This document shows positions 21,067 through 29,541 of a stretch of 32,000 nt of DNA, one piece after another. Every line of letters begins with the position of its first letter. Position 1 is the first letter of the stretch. Source of the DNA: Pseudoalteromonas tetraodonis (GTDB lineage: Bacteria > Pseudomonadota > Gammaproteobacteria > Enterobacterales > Alteromonadaceae); NCBI RefSeq assembly GCF_002310835.1, contig NZ_CP011041.1, forward strand, positions 210,001-242,000, given 5' to 3'. The notes under the pieces were generated by a model. It searched no databases. It worked only from the letters and a program-made list of their open reading frames with translations, and was not told the DNA's origin. Position numbers and translations under genes: made by a program.

Positions 21067-22488
21067 CTACGCCACGTCTGTCAGCGGTTGAGCAAAGCTA
21101 CTGATCTGTGCTTTTTCGCCAAACCAGTGTAATTCTTGATGCAGCGAAGCTACTTCACCAATAATCAGTAAAGCGGGTGAAATAATTTGATGCTGCTCAA
21201 TGAGCTGTGCTAATTGGTCTAACTGTCCTGTGACAACACGTTGATTTTTGCGTGTGCCGTTTTCAATTATGGCCACTGGTGTTGTTGCTGCTCGCCCATG
21301 TTTTAATAGCTCGGCTTGAATATGCGGCGATTTAATTACCCCCATATAAATAGCCAGTGTTTGGTTTTTTTGTGCAAGCGACTGCCAATTAAGTTCTTGT
21401 CCTTCTTTTTTGCAGTGTCCGGTAACAAACTGAATAGCCTGAGCATGGTCGCGATGCGTTAAAGGAATACCTGCGTAGGCACTACATCCCGCGGCTGCCG
21501 TTATACCTGGCACTATTTGGTAATTTACGTTATTGGCTGCCAGTACTTGGACTTCTTCGCCACCACGGCCATAAATAAATGGGTCGCCCCCTTTAATTCG
21601 GCACACTTTTTTACCTTGTTGTGCTAAATCAACCAACATCTTATTTGTATCTTCTTGAGCTACGCTGTGATCGCCTAAGCGCTTACCCACACAGATTAAA
21701 TCGGCATCGCGACGCACTAATTCCATGATCTCATCGGATACCAAGTAATCATATACCACCACATCGGCTTGTTGCATTAGTTGCAGCGCTTTTAGTGTGA
21801 GTAGCTCTGGATCGCCTGGGCCTGCACCGACTACGTATACTTCGCCTTCTGGTTCAACTTTGGCATCTAGCATTTGCTCTAGTTGTTGCTCAGCGCCATG
21901 GGTATCACCGGTTTGGACTTTGCTTACTACTGATGAATCAAACACGCCTTCCCAAAATTGGCGACGATCAGCAAAATGTTTAAAGCGTTGCTTTACTTTA
22001 TGGCGAAAGCCACCGACCAAGTTAGCGAGTGGGCCGATATGCTGGGGAATAAGTGTTTCGAGCTTTTCACGTAAACGTCTTGCTAAAACCGGCGCGGTAC
22101 CCGCACTTGAAATCGCAATGGTAATTGGGTTGCGATCAACAATAGAGGGGAAAATAAAGGTACATTTAGGTTGATCATCCACCACGTTCACAAACACATT
22201 ACGCGCATTGGCGAGTTCAAATACGGTGTTGTTTACTTCATCGTTGTCGGTGGCGGCAATAATCAAAATTTTGCCATCAAGATGCGACTCTTCAAAATAG
22301 GCATCAATTAATGTTACTTCATTATTATGCGCATGTTCTTTTAATTCTTCGCAAAACCAAGGGGCAACTAGCGTTACATCGGCACGTGCTTTTAAAAACG
22401 CACGGCATTTTCGCAAGGCAACCTCTCCACCGCCAACAACCAATACGGGTTTGTTGTCGAGTTTGGTAAAGATAGGTAAATATTGCAC
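21067..22488 (-). CDS. cysG: Siroheme synthase (uroporphyrinogen-III C-methyltransferase / precorrin-2 dehydrogenase / sirohydrochlorin ferrochelatase)
   Basis: 473 aa with a GTG start. (V)[20 protein letters not shown] aligns with E. coli MDHLPIFCQL...IVGGG. The C-terminal methyltransferase block [18 protein letters not shown]...[13 protein letters not shown] is present. Confidence 0.94.
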   Translation of the reverse strand: MQYLPIFTKLDNKPVLVVGGGEVALRKCRAFLKARADVTLVAPWFCEELKEHAHNNEVTLIDAYFEESHLDGKILIIAATDNDEVNNTVFELANARNVFVNVVDDQPKCTFIFPSIVDRNPITIAISSAGTAPVLARRLREKLETLIPQHIGPLANLVGGFRHKVKQRFKHFADRRQFWEGVFDSSVVSKVQTGDTHGAEQQLEQMLDAKVEPEGEVYVVGAGPGDPELLTLKALQLMQQADVVVYDYLVSDEIMELVRRDADLICVGKRLGDHSVAQEDTNKMLVDLAQQGKKVCRIKGGDPFIYGRGGEEVQVLAANNVNYQIVPGITAAAGCSAYAGIPLTHRDHAQAIQFVTGHCKKEGQELNWQSLAQKNQTLAIYMGVIKSPHIQAELLKHGRAATTPVAIIENGTRKNQRVVTGQLDQLAQLIEQHQIISPALLIIGEVASLHQELHWFGEKAQISSFAQPLTDVA

Positions 22489-22752
22489 TGAATAACGCCC
22501 CTAAAAAATAATAAAGTGTTTAACTGAGAAGCAGAATATAGTGGCTATTGATAAGTAAAAAATAATTAAATCTTAGTTGATATTCTTAAAAGTTATATTA
22601 ATCATGTTTTTTAGGTCTAAATCGTATTTAGTAAGGGGTAGAGTGACATTTAGTATAGAAAACGCGCTTATAGTGTTTGGTTATGAGCTATAGCAAGTTT
22701 AAGCTATGATGCTCTTATATAGTTTAAGGTCACACAATTTCATAGGCATAAA

Positions 22753-23505
22753 ATGACAAACAATACTCAAAACGCCACGCTAGCCGTTAGCTTAATGGAC
22801 TTAACCAGTTTAAACACTGATGATAGTCAAGCCAGTATTAACGCATTAGTAAACAGTATAAACCCTAAGCTAGGCACGCCTGCTGCGCTTTGTGTGTTTA
22901 GTGAATTTGTTGATGACGCTAAAATAGCACTTGCTAATCGCTTATTGAGCCATGTAAAAGTGGCCACCGTAACTAACTTTCCCTCTGGTGATGCGCCACT
23001 CAATGAAGTACTCAATGAAACCCTGATAGCCATAGAGCGGGGGGCCGATGAAATTGACCTAGTTATTCCTTATAAAGCGCTTTTAAAAGGTGAAGCAGAT
23101 ACCGTGCTGGAATACGTGAGTGAGAGTAAAAAGGTATGTGGCAGCCGTGCTAAGCTCAAAGTGATCATTGAAACTGGCGAGCTAAAAACGGCAGCATTTA
23201 TTACTCAAGCAACCGAACTTGCCATCCAAGGCGGAGCTGATTTTGTAAAAACCAGTACAGGAAAAGTAGCGGTAAATGCCACGCTTGAAGCGACTGAAAT
23301 AATGCTTAAAGCCATCAAAAAGTCATCAAAGCGAGTTGGTTTTAAGGCTGCTGGTGGAGTCAATACTGCAGTAGATGCAAATGCTTATTTGCAACTAGCA
23401 ACCGAGATTATGGGGCATGATTATTTAGCACCAGATACATTTAGGTTTGGCGCTTCATCGCTGTTAAATGACGTTTATAAGGTGTTGAATGAAGCGCAGC
23501 AGTGA
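22753..23505 (+). CDS. deoC: Deoxyribose-phosphate aldolase (long, E. coli-type)
   Basis: 250 aa. LMDLTSLN.DD, ATVTNFP.G, DEIDLVIPY, KVIIETGEL and the Schiff-base Lys context GADFVKTSTGKVAVNAT all match E. coli DeoC. Confidence 0.92.
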   Translation: MTNNTQNATLAVSLMDLTSLNTDDSQASINALVNSINPKLGTPAALCVFSEFVDDAKIALANRLLSHVKVATVTNFPSGDAPLNEVLNETLIAIERGADEIDLVIPYKALLKGEADTVLEYVSESKKVCGSRAKLKVIIETGELKTAAFITQATELAIQGGADFVKTSTGKVAVNATLEATEIMLKAIKKSSKRVGFKAAGGVNTAVDANAYLQLATEIMGHDYLAPDTFRFGASSLLNDVYKVLNEAQQ

Positions 23506-23989
23506 TGCCGAAAAACAACAATTAGAGCACGATGCGGCCAAGTTGTTTTTGCGATGTTATGAACAGCAAACGGGAATTCATATGCGCCATATTTGGCATA
23601 ATGAACCAAATAGACCCGATGTAAGCTGTTATCAAGAAAATCAGCAACTCGATATAGAGGTGGCGCATTTATACGCCAGTGAAACGGAAGCCATGGCCGT
23701 GTTAGGCCGGCCACTGTCGATACAAATGCAGCGTGATTTAGCCGACATGGCGCAACAACCAAGCGAACACCGGTTGCAATCAGCGTTGGAGCGCTTATTA
23801 AAACAAAAAGCGACTAAGCGTTATTATTCAAAGCGTACGTGGTTGTTAATTCGTAACGCTAGTACTATTTGGCATAAGAGCGACTTTGAAGCGGCAGTCA
23901 AAAAAGTATGTTTTCCAAATACCCATCAATTTGAACAAATATGGTTACTGTGTGATTTTTATCGCGGTGAGTTATTACGAGTAGATTAA
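23489..23989 (+). CDS. Hypothetical protein, unknown function
   Basis: 166 aa. ATG preceded by AAGGTG at 5-nt spacing. It overlaps the deoC 3' end by 17 nt and is followed by a strong terminator. No family assignable by eye. Confidence 0.6.
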   Translation: MKRSSDAEKQQLEHDAAKLFLRCYEQQTGIHMRHIWHNEPNRPDVSCYQENQQLDIEVAHLYASETEAMAVLGRPLSIQMQRDLADMAQQPSEHRLQSALERLLKQKATKRYYSKRTWLLIRNASTIWHKSDFEAAVKKVCFPNTHQFEQIWLLCDFYRGELLRVD

Positions 23990-24016
23990 AAGCGGCTATA
24001 GAGTAGCCGCTTTTTT
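23988..24016. terminator. Bidirectional Rho-independent terminator between the 166-aa ORF (+) and the CsgG-like gene (-)
   Basis: AAAAGCGGCTA-TAGAG-TAGCCGCTTTTTT, with an A-run and T-run on either side, located between stops at 23989 (+) and 24046 (-). Confidence 0.75.
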
Positions 24017-24045
24017 ATTGCTTAATTAAAAATCAAAGGTGCTGA

Positions 24046-25176
24046 TTAGTTAAACTTAAACATGTTGCCTAAGCTTTCTAGCCCTGACTGTTGAGTTTTT
24101 GCTAAACATTTTGAGTCATCTAAAGATTTCTTTGTTGTTTCATCGGCAAGGCCCGTTACTTTCAAGCTCTTCTCTTGTTGATACTCGCGCAGTGCTAATA
24201 CAGTTTGACGGTCGTACTTAACGTCTTCAGTTTCAAACTCTTCATAATTAGGTTGGTTTTTTAAATACCCTAAGCAAACCAAGTTCATACGAGACATAGC
24301 CAAATCCATTTTTTCGTAATGTGGCATTCTATGATTCGGCACATCGACAGCGACGGCAGCAGGTGCTGCTTTTTTACTAGTTACTTTTGGCGGCGGTGGC
24401 GCTGTATAGCCTGCTGCAAGCGTGTTGTTTTGGTTATAACGATAGTAGGTATCTGGAATTTTAGTTTCTAAAAATTCAACGGCTTTAATTATTACTTCTC
24501 GTAGTGCCTTTTCTTTTGGAGTGTCTGACCAACCACTAAGGCTTCCTCCAACGAGTGCGCCACCAAAGTTAGTCGCTGCGCTGGTAAAATCAAAATCTTT
24601 GCTACCACCCTCAACGCTAGTAGCGGCCAGAATACGTGAAGTGCGCGTATCAATTAAGCGTAAGTCAATAGCCATATGCGATCCAGAAAAGCCAGCTGAA
24701 ACAGAACTAAACACATCACCAATAAAGCCGCCTGAACCAACACTTGCCCCTGAACTGTCATCATCAAATTCAGTAACCGCTGCAACGACGACAATCTCAG
24801 CGCCTTCAATTTCGCCATACGCAGCACCGGATTGTGCACTCACTCTGCCTGATACAGCTAAATCTTGCTCTGAAAGTACAGCGTCTAGTGCTTGGCGCTC
24901 CAATACAATAAAGCGATTAGTGCCAACAAGGGCGGTGGTAAGTTGATCTGCCATACCTTCACCAATTTCTTTTCGCCACCACCTTGAGTTATTCGACTTA
25001 TCAGTGAAACGTGCCACGGCGATACGTGCTTTAGGGCCATTGTATTGCTGTTTGCTTACTTCATTAATGTCAGGCGAGTTTTGATTTGAAGTAACGTTTG
25101 TTGAGGTGCTTTGGCATGCGCTTAAGCTGGTTATTAATGCTGTAGCTAGTAGCGTTTTTTGTATGGATGAGAGCAT
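24046..25176 (-). CDS. CsgG-family outer-membrane lipoprotein fused to a C-terminal peptidoglycan-binding-like domain
   Basis: 376 aa. Lipoprotein signal with lipobox LSAC. CsgG-like core: RIAVARF.DKS......IGEGMADQLTTALV.TNRF.VLERQ.LDAVL.EQ. A Pro/Ala linker (APPPPKVTSKKAAPAAVA) follows. The tail, LGYL...YD.QTVLALREYQQEKSLKVTGLADETTKKSL, resembles PG_binding_1. SD is AAGGAAA. Confidence 0.75.
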   Translation of the reverse strand: MLSSIQKTLLATALITSLSACQSTSTNVTSNQNSPDINEVSKQQYNGPKARIAVARFTDKSNNSRWWRKEIGEGMADQLTTALVGTNRFIVLERQALDAVLSEQDLAVSGRVSAQSGAAYGEIEGAEIVVVAAVTEFDDDSSGASVGSGGFIGDVFSSVSAGFSGSHMAIDLRLIDTRTSRILAATSVEGGSKDFDFTSAATNFGGALVGGSLSGWSDTPKEKALREVIIKAVEFLETKIPDTYYRYNQNNTLAAGYTAPPPPKVTSKKAAPAAVAVDVPNHRMPHYEKMDLAMSRMNLVCLGYLKNQPNYEEFETEDVKYDRQTVLALREYQQEKSLKVTGLADETTKKSLDDSKCLAKTQQSGLESLGNMFKFN

Positions 25177-25266
25177 AGGATTTTCCTTAATTTATGTGCT
25201 TAATTACATTTGTAGTTATTTTTTTAGCAATGGCTAATTAAGGTTAATTTAAATAAATCAGTAGCT

Positions 25267-25299
25267 TAAAAATAGTACTCAGGCGAAAGCTTTGAGTAC
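25267..25299 (-). terminator. Rho-independent terminator after the hybrid two-component gene
   Basis: On the minus strand: GTACTCAAAGC-TTTC-GCCTGAGTAC, a roughly 10-bp stem with one bulge and a tetraloop (GAAA on the plus strand). It is followed by TATTTTT and starts 11 nt after the stop at 25310. Confidence 0.6.
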
Positions 25300-25309
25300 A
25301 CACGCGAAG

Positions 25310-28300
25310 CTAATTACTTTTACATGTTTGTGCTTCTCTGTATTGTTTTGGTGTAAGTGAATATTTGGCTTTGAAGCAACGGGCAAAGTAACTTTGAGAA
25401 CTAAAGCCGGTGTTATCTGCAACTAAACCTATGGTTAAGTCGCTATCAGTTAATAATTTTGCTGCATATTCTAAGCGGGTATTGCGAATGTAATCGCTGG
25501 GTGTAATGTCAAAAAGTGCTTTCATTTTTAATTGCAGTGCACGAGGGCTCAAACACATTGCACTGGCAAACTCTTCCACGCTAAACAGTTCATTTTGGTA
25601 ATTTTCACGCAAGATTGTTTTTAAGCGTTCTGTAAACGTGTAATCTTTATTCTGCTCTATTTGTGCATCTAAGGTCACAGCATGTGCTTGGGCTGATAAC
25701 TGTTTTATTAGGTGCTTATTTAACGCATCACGAATGCCTAATAAGCCATGAACCCGACTTTTTAATAATGATGCTTCAAAGGGTTTACACAGGTAGTCAT
25801 CGGCCAGCAAATCAAGCCCCTTTATTCGACTGCGACTGTCTGCTTTGGCAGAGAGTAATAAAACAGGGATATGATTAATAGAGATATCTGAGCGAATGGC
25901 ACTGAGAAGTTGATATCCATCCATCGTAGGCATCATTACATCACTGAGCACTATATCGGGCATTTGAGTTTGGCACAGCACTAGCCCTTCTTCTCCATTA
26001 TTAGCGGTGAGGCAGGTGTAGTTATCACTAAATAATGAAACCAGTAACTCACGCATTTCCTCGTTATCTTCAACAATGAGTAGTTTTTTGTTGTTTTCTA
26101 CCAGCATAGTTTGAGAGGACGCTAGTTGTTTATCCGTTAATAAGTTATCTGATTCACACAATGGCAACGTGACTGTAAAACAACTTCCTTTGTTTATTTT
26201 ACTGGCTAATGAAATTTGCCCGTCGTATTGCTCTACAAGTTGCTTAACCAGAGCGAGACCTATACCACTGCCTGTTTGGTTGTGTGTTGCAATACGAGTA
26301 AAGCGTTCAAAAATAAGCGCTTGCTGGTGCTCTTCAATACCAATACCAGTATCAGATACCGTTATAACAACATTATTGTTTGTGTTAGAAAGCGTTAGAT
26401 TAACGGTTCCATCTGATGGGGTGTATTTAAGTGCATTGGTCAATAAATTATCAATAATAGATAAAGTATGTTTAGTTTCTAAATTTATGTAACTAGGCTG
26501 TTGCGTCGTGTCGTTAAAGGAAAAATTAATATTTTTTTGGGCAAACAAAATAGCAAAGTCGTCTACTATTTGCGCTATAAAAGGGCTTAAAGAATAAGCG
26601 GATACATACTCTGTAGCCGAACTTGGACGCTGACTTAACTGTAATAACTCATTGATTAAATTAAGAAGGCGGTGCCCGTTGCGCTTAATTATAGAAACTT
26701 GTTGTTGTGCTTGAGCACCAAGTTGTTGCTGTTGTAAGTTTTCTACTGGCGCTAAAATTAAGCTCAATGGCGTTTTAAGTTCATGACTAATGTTATCTAA
26801 AAATTGGGTCTTTAGTTGATTGAGCTTTCTTTCTTGTTGAATGAGTTGCTCTGCGGTTTTAGCTCGATAGCGTGACGCTAAAATTAACCATGTAATAATC
26901 AAAACTATTATAAAATAAGCCGCATAGGCTAATTGCGTTTGCCACCAAGGAGGCGTTACTGTCAGCTTTAGCATAGTGTGAACTTTGCTCCATTGCCCGT
27001 ATTGATCTTTTACTTTTAATTGTAATTGATAGTTACCTGCACTTAGCTGTGAATAGTTAACTTGTCGTTGGCTTGCATCGGTATGGATAAATTGCTTATC
27101 TAAACCATTTAGCTTGTAAGCATACTGGTATTGATTAGCCGATGAAGCGTTATTAATGGCGGCATATTTAAAGCCAATGACCCCTTGGCTGGTTGGAAAA
27201 GAGAGTTTTTTAGTATGGTTTATTAGTTTTGCGGGCTGTTTTTTATCTTTTAAGTAGTTTTTTGTTTCGCTTGCTTGGTTGTAAATTAATAGCTCAGTTA
27301 ATACTGGGGTTGGGGCTGAAGTACTCAGTTGCAGTTTACTAGGGTAAAACTGATTAAAGCCATTGATTCCGCCAAAAAATAGCTCGCCATCAGGTGCTTG
27401 AAAAGCAGCACCTAAAATAAACGAATTATGCTGCACGCCGTCACGAGGTAAAAAATGCTGCATAGCTTGATTCGTAGGATTATAGCGAGTGAGCCCTTGG
27501 TTACTGCTTAGCCATAAGTAGCCTTTACTATCATCTTTAATGGCAAAAATATTATCGTTTAGTAATCCATCATGTTCGGTAATGTAAGAGATTTTTTGTG
27601 TTTTTTTATCAAGGCGGTTTAAACCACCAAAGGTACCCACCCATAAAGTATCGTTATTTTGTAGGTGCAAAGAAGTAACCATATTATGGCTTAAACCAGT
27701 TTGCGATGCCTGATTGGCGGGGTAATGAGTAAATGATTCATCTTCTATGCTTAGATAATCTAAACCTGCACGCGTCCCGACCCATAATCCGTTCGCATTG
27801 TGATCAAAAAGCAAAGTAAATACGGTGTTGTTAGCAAGACTATTAGTCGAGTCGTCGTGCTTGTAATGTTGAACCTCTAAGGTGTCGGGATTAAAGCGTG
27901 TTAAACCTTGATTGCTACCTAGCCATAAATTTCCTTTAGGATCGCTCGTTATCGCATAAACACGATCGCTGCTAAGCTGATGGCTTTGCATTGTATAGGT
28001 AATAAAATTATCTTCAGTTGGTTTATATTGCAGTAATCCGCCGCCATAAGTGCCAATCCAAAGTCGCTGCTTGTTATCTTCATGCAGGCTAAAGACATTA
28101 TTATTGGTTAGGCCGCTTTGTAATTTTGAGTTAACTTTATAGTGCTTAAAACCTGTGTCGGTTTGTTTGTTTAAACCGTCACGAGTACCAACCCATAATT
28201 GGCCTTGTGTATCTTTGAGTAGAGCGCGAACAAAATTATGACTAATGGTATTGTCATCATCGCTCAAGTGCTGTTGATGCGAAAATTGATTGTGCTTTTT

Positions 28301-29299
28301 ATCATAACGTTGTAACCCATAGCCATCTGTACCAATCCAAATGATACCGAACCGATCTTGATAAAGTGACAATAGGTAATCATTAGCAAGCCCATTTAGT
28401 TGCTGCTTATTGTGCGGTATGTGCTGAAAATTATTTTTAGATGTACTTTGCTCTGTTTTGTAAAATAAACCTTTACCATAACTTGTTAGCCACAAGGTAT
28501 CGGTGTCGTCAACTAAGATATCGGTGATCCATACACCTGCAAACTGAGCAAACTCTAGAAAAGCCTCTGTTTTAGGGTTAAATAGGCTAAGCCCTTGTTT
28601 GCTTGCTACTAATAGCTGCCCTTGTGCATTTAATTGCAGCCGCCATAAATTTTTATGACTTCCCGCAATGTGATTAAAGGTTTTATGCTTTGGGTTAAAC
28701 TTAATTAATCCTTCGTTGGTTGCTAACCAGACATTTTGTTGTGTATCTATAACAATATCTTGTATGACTGTATTAGCTTGCTCGGGGCTAGTATAGCTAA
28801 ACGACTCTACTTCATTCTTGACTATATTTAGACGCGTTAACTTTCCATGCTCATGACCTAACCAAATATTATTTAGGCTATCTGAAGCTAATGACCAAAT
28901 GCGGTTATCAGTAATAGCCAACTCAGTGTGCGTATTAAAAACCTTAAATTGGCCGGTTTGAGTATCAAGTAAATTTAAACCATTACTGGCGGTAGAAAAC
29001 CAAATAGCATGTTGATCGGCAGCAAGACAATCGGTGACCCAGTTTCCTGAAATACTAGCCTCAGTAGGGTGAGACTTGAAGCGTTTAAACTCATAACCAT
29101 CAAAGCGATTAAGACCGCCTTGTGTCGAAAACCAGTGAAACCCTTGCTTGTCAGTGATACTGCAAGTAATCGAATTTTGCGATAACCCCTGTTCACTAGA
29201 GTATGTATCTAAGTGAATAGGGCGCGCGACGAGTGCACTGTGAAATAAGCATAAAACGCTTAGAATCACGATTTTGTAAAGTGTATGAAGTAAATGCAC
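25310..29299 (-). CDS. Hybrid two-component system protein: periplasmic double beta-propeller + Y_Y_Y sensor, histidine kinase, receiver and AraC-type HTH in one polypeptide
   Basis: The maximal ORF runs to TTG 29389. I prefer GTG 29299 (SD AAGGAAG upstream), giving MHLLHTLYKIVILSVLCLFHSALVA as a signal or TM segment. About 13 W(L/I/V)(G/A/S)(T/S)xxGL blades are present. The Y_Y_Y motif is YQYAYKLNG...NYQLQLKVKD. TM2 lies near 26870-26935. The H-box is SHELKTPL (His codon 26783-26785). The ATPase has DTGIGI and GSGIGL. The REC domain has DVMMP (Asp codon 25940-25942). The C-terminal AraC HTH spans about 25310-25620. Confidence 0.85.
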   Translation of the reverse strand: MHLLHTLYKIVILSVLCLFHSALVARPIHLDTYSSEQGLSQNSITCSITDKQGFHWFSTQGGLNRFDGYEFKRFKSHPTEASISGNWVTDCLAADQHAIWFSTASNGLNLLDTQTGQFKVFNTHTELAITDNRIWSLASDSLNNIWLGHEHGKLTRLNIVKNEVESFSYTSPEQANTVIQDIVIDTQQNVWLATNEGLIKFNPKHKTFNHIAGSHKNLWRLQLNAQGQLLVASKQGLSLFNPKTEAFLEFAQFAGVWITDILVDDTDTLWLTSYGKGLFYKTEQSTSKNNFQHIPHNKQQLNGLANDYLLSLYQDRFGIIWIGTDGYGLQRYDKKHNQFSHQQHLSDDDNTISHNFVRALLKDTQGQLWVGTRDGLNKQTDTGFKHYKVNSKLQSGLTNNNVFSLHEDNKQRLWIGTYGGGLLQYKPTEDNFITYTMQSHQLSSDRVYAITSDPKGNLWLGSNQGLTRFNPDTLEVQHYKHDDSTNSLANNTVFTLLFDHNANGLWVGTRAGLDYLSIEDESFTHYPANQASQTGLSHNMVTSLHLQNNDTLWVGTFGGLNRLDKKTQKISYITEHDGLLNDNIFAIKDDSKGYLWLSSNQGLTRYNPTNQAMQHFLPRDGVQHNSFILGAAFQAPDGELFFGGINGFNQFYPSKLQLSTSAPTPVLTELLIYNQASETKNYLKDKKQPAKLINHTKKLSFPTSQGVIGFKYAAINNASSANQYQYAYKLNGLDKQFIHTDASQRQVNYSQLSAGNYQLQLKVKDQYGQWSKVHTMLKLTVTPPWWQTQLAYAAYFIIVLIITWLILASRYRAKTAEQLIQQERKLNQLKTQFLDNISHELKTPLSLILAPVENLQQQQLGAQAQQQVSIIKRNGHRLLNLINELLQLSQRPSSATEYVSAYSLSPFIAQIVDDFAILFAQKNINFSFNDTTQQPSYINLETKHTLSIIDNLLTNALKYTPSDGTVNLTLSNTNNNVVITVSDTGIGIEEHQQALIFERFTRIATHNQTGSGIGLALVKQLVEQYDGQISLASKINKGSCFTVTLPLCESDNLLTDKQLASSQTMLVENNKKLLIVEDNEEMRELLVSLFSDNYTCLTANNGEEGLVLCQTQMPDIVLSDVMMPTMDGYQLLSAIRSDISINHIPVLLLSAKADSRSRIKGLDLLADDYLCKPFEASLLKSRVHGLLGIRDALNKHLIKQLSAQAHAVTLDAQIEQNKDYTFTERLKTILRENYQNELFSVEEFASAMCLSPRALQLKMKALFDITPSDYIRNTRLEYAAKLLTDSDLTIGLVADNTGFSSQSYFARCFKAKYSLTPKQYREAQTCKSN

Positions 29300-29421
29300 C
29301 CGCTTCCTTGTGCTATTAATATTCCTAAAAGTGAAACAATCATAAACTGCTTTTTTATTAATGTTAAGTTTGATTTTGAGTGTGGCCAATGAGATTTTAA
29401 GTTATGGGTATCTTTTTACTC

Positions 29422-29449
29422 TTGTGTTAATGAATTGCGTAAGTATAAT
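29422..29449 (+). promoter_or_regulatory. Sigma70-type promoter candidate for tRNA-Trp (and possibly secE-nusG)
   Basis: TTGTGT (29422-29427), a 16-nt spacer, then a perfect TATAAT (29444-29449). The mature tRNA 5' end lies 15 nt downstream of the -10. Confidence 0.5.
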
Positions 29450-29464
29450 AGGCATCCACTTTGC

Positions 29465-29541
29465 AGGGGCGTAGTTCCAATTGGTAGAACAGCGGTCTCC
29501 AAAACCGACGGTTGGGAGTTCGAATCTCTCCGCCCCTGCCA
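29465..29541 (+). tRNA. trpT: tRNA-Trp (anticodon CCA), CCA end encoded
   Basis: AGGGGCGTAGTTCCAATTGGTAGAACAGCGGTCTCCAAAACCGACGGTTGGGAGTTCGAATCTCTCCGCCCCTGCCA is near identical to E. coli tRNA-Trp. It has a 7-bp acceptor stem, anticodon loop CTCCAAA and T-loop GTTCGAATC. Confidence 0.95.

Noticed and set aside
24521-24946. A 141-aa plus-strand ORF antisense to the CsgG-like gene. Similar antisense ORFs occur at 21797..22174, 9069..9464, 9916..10182, 13443..13817, 17287..17601, 18079..18441, 15619..15924 and 26169..26492.
   Set aside because: Each lies entirely inside a well-supported gene on the opposite strand. They have Ser/Pro/Ala/Thr-rich or low-complexity translations typical of shadow frames, with no SD and no recognisable motif.
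24046-25176. Calling a curli biogenesis locus on the basis of the CsgG-like gene.
   Set aside because: No csgA/B/C/E/F or csgD homologues are present, and the gene is monocistronic between terminators.
23489-29541. Genomic island integrated at tRNA-Trp, considering the orphan ORF, CsgG-like gene and HTCS that lie next to a tRNA.
   Set aside because: The block lies on the 5' (promoter) side of the tRNA, whereas islands integrate at the 3' end. There is no integrase, no direct repeat of the tRNA 3' end elsewhere in the window, and no mobility genes.
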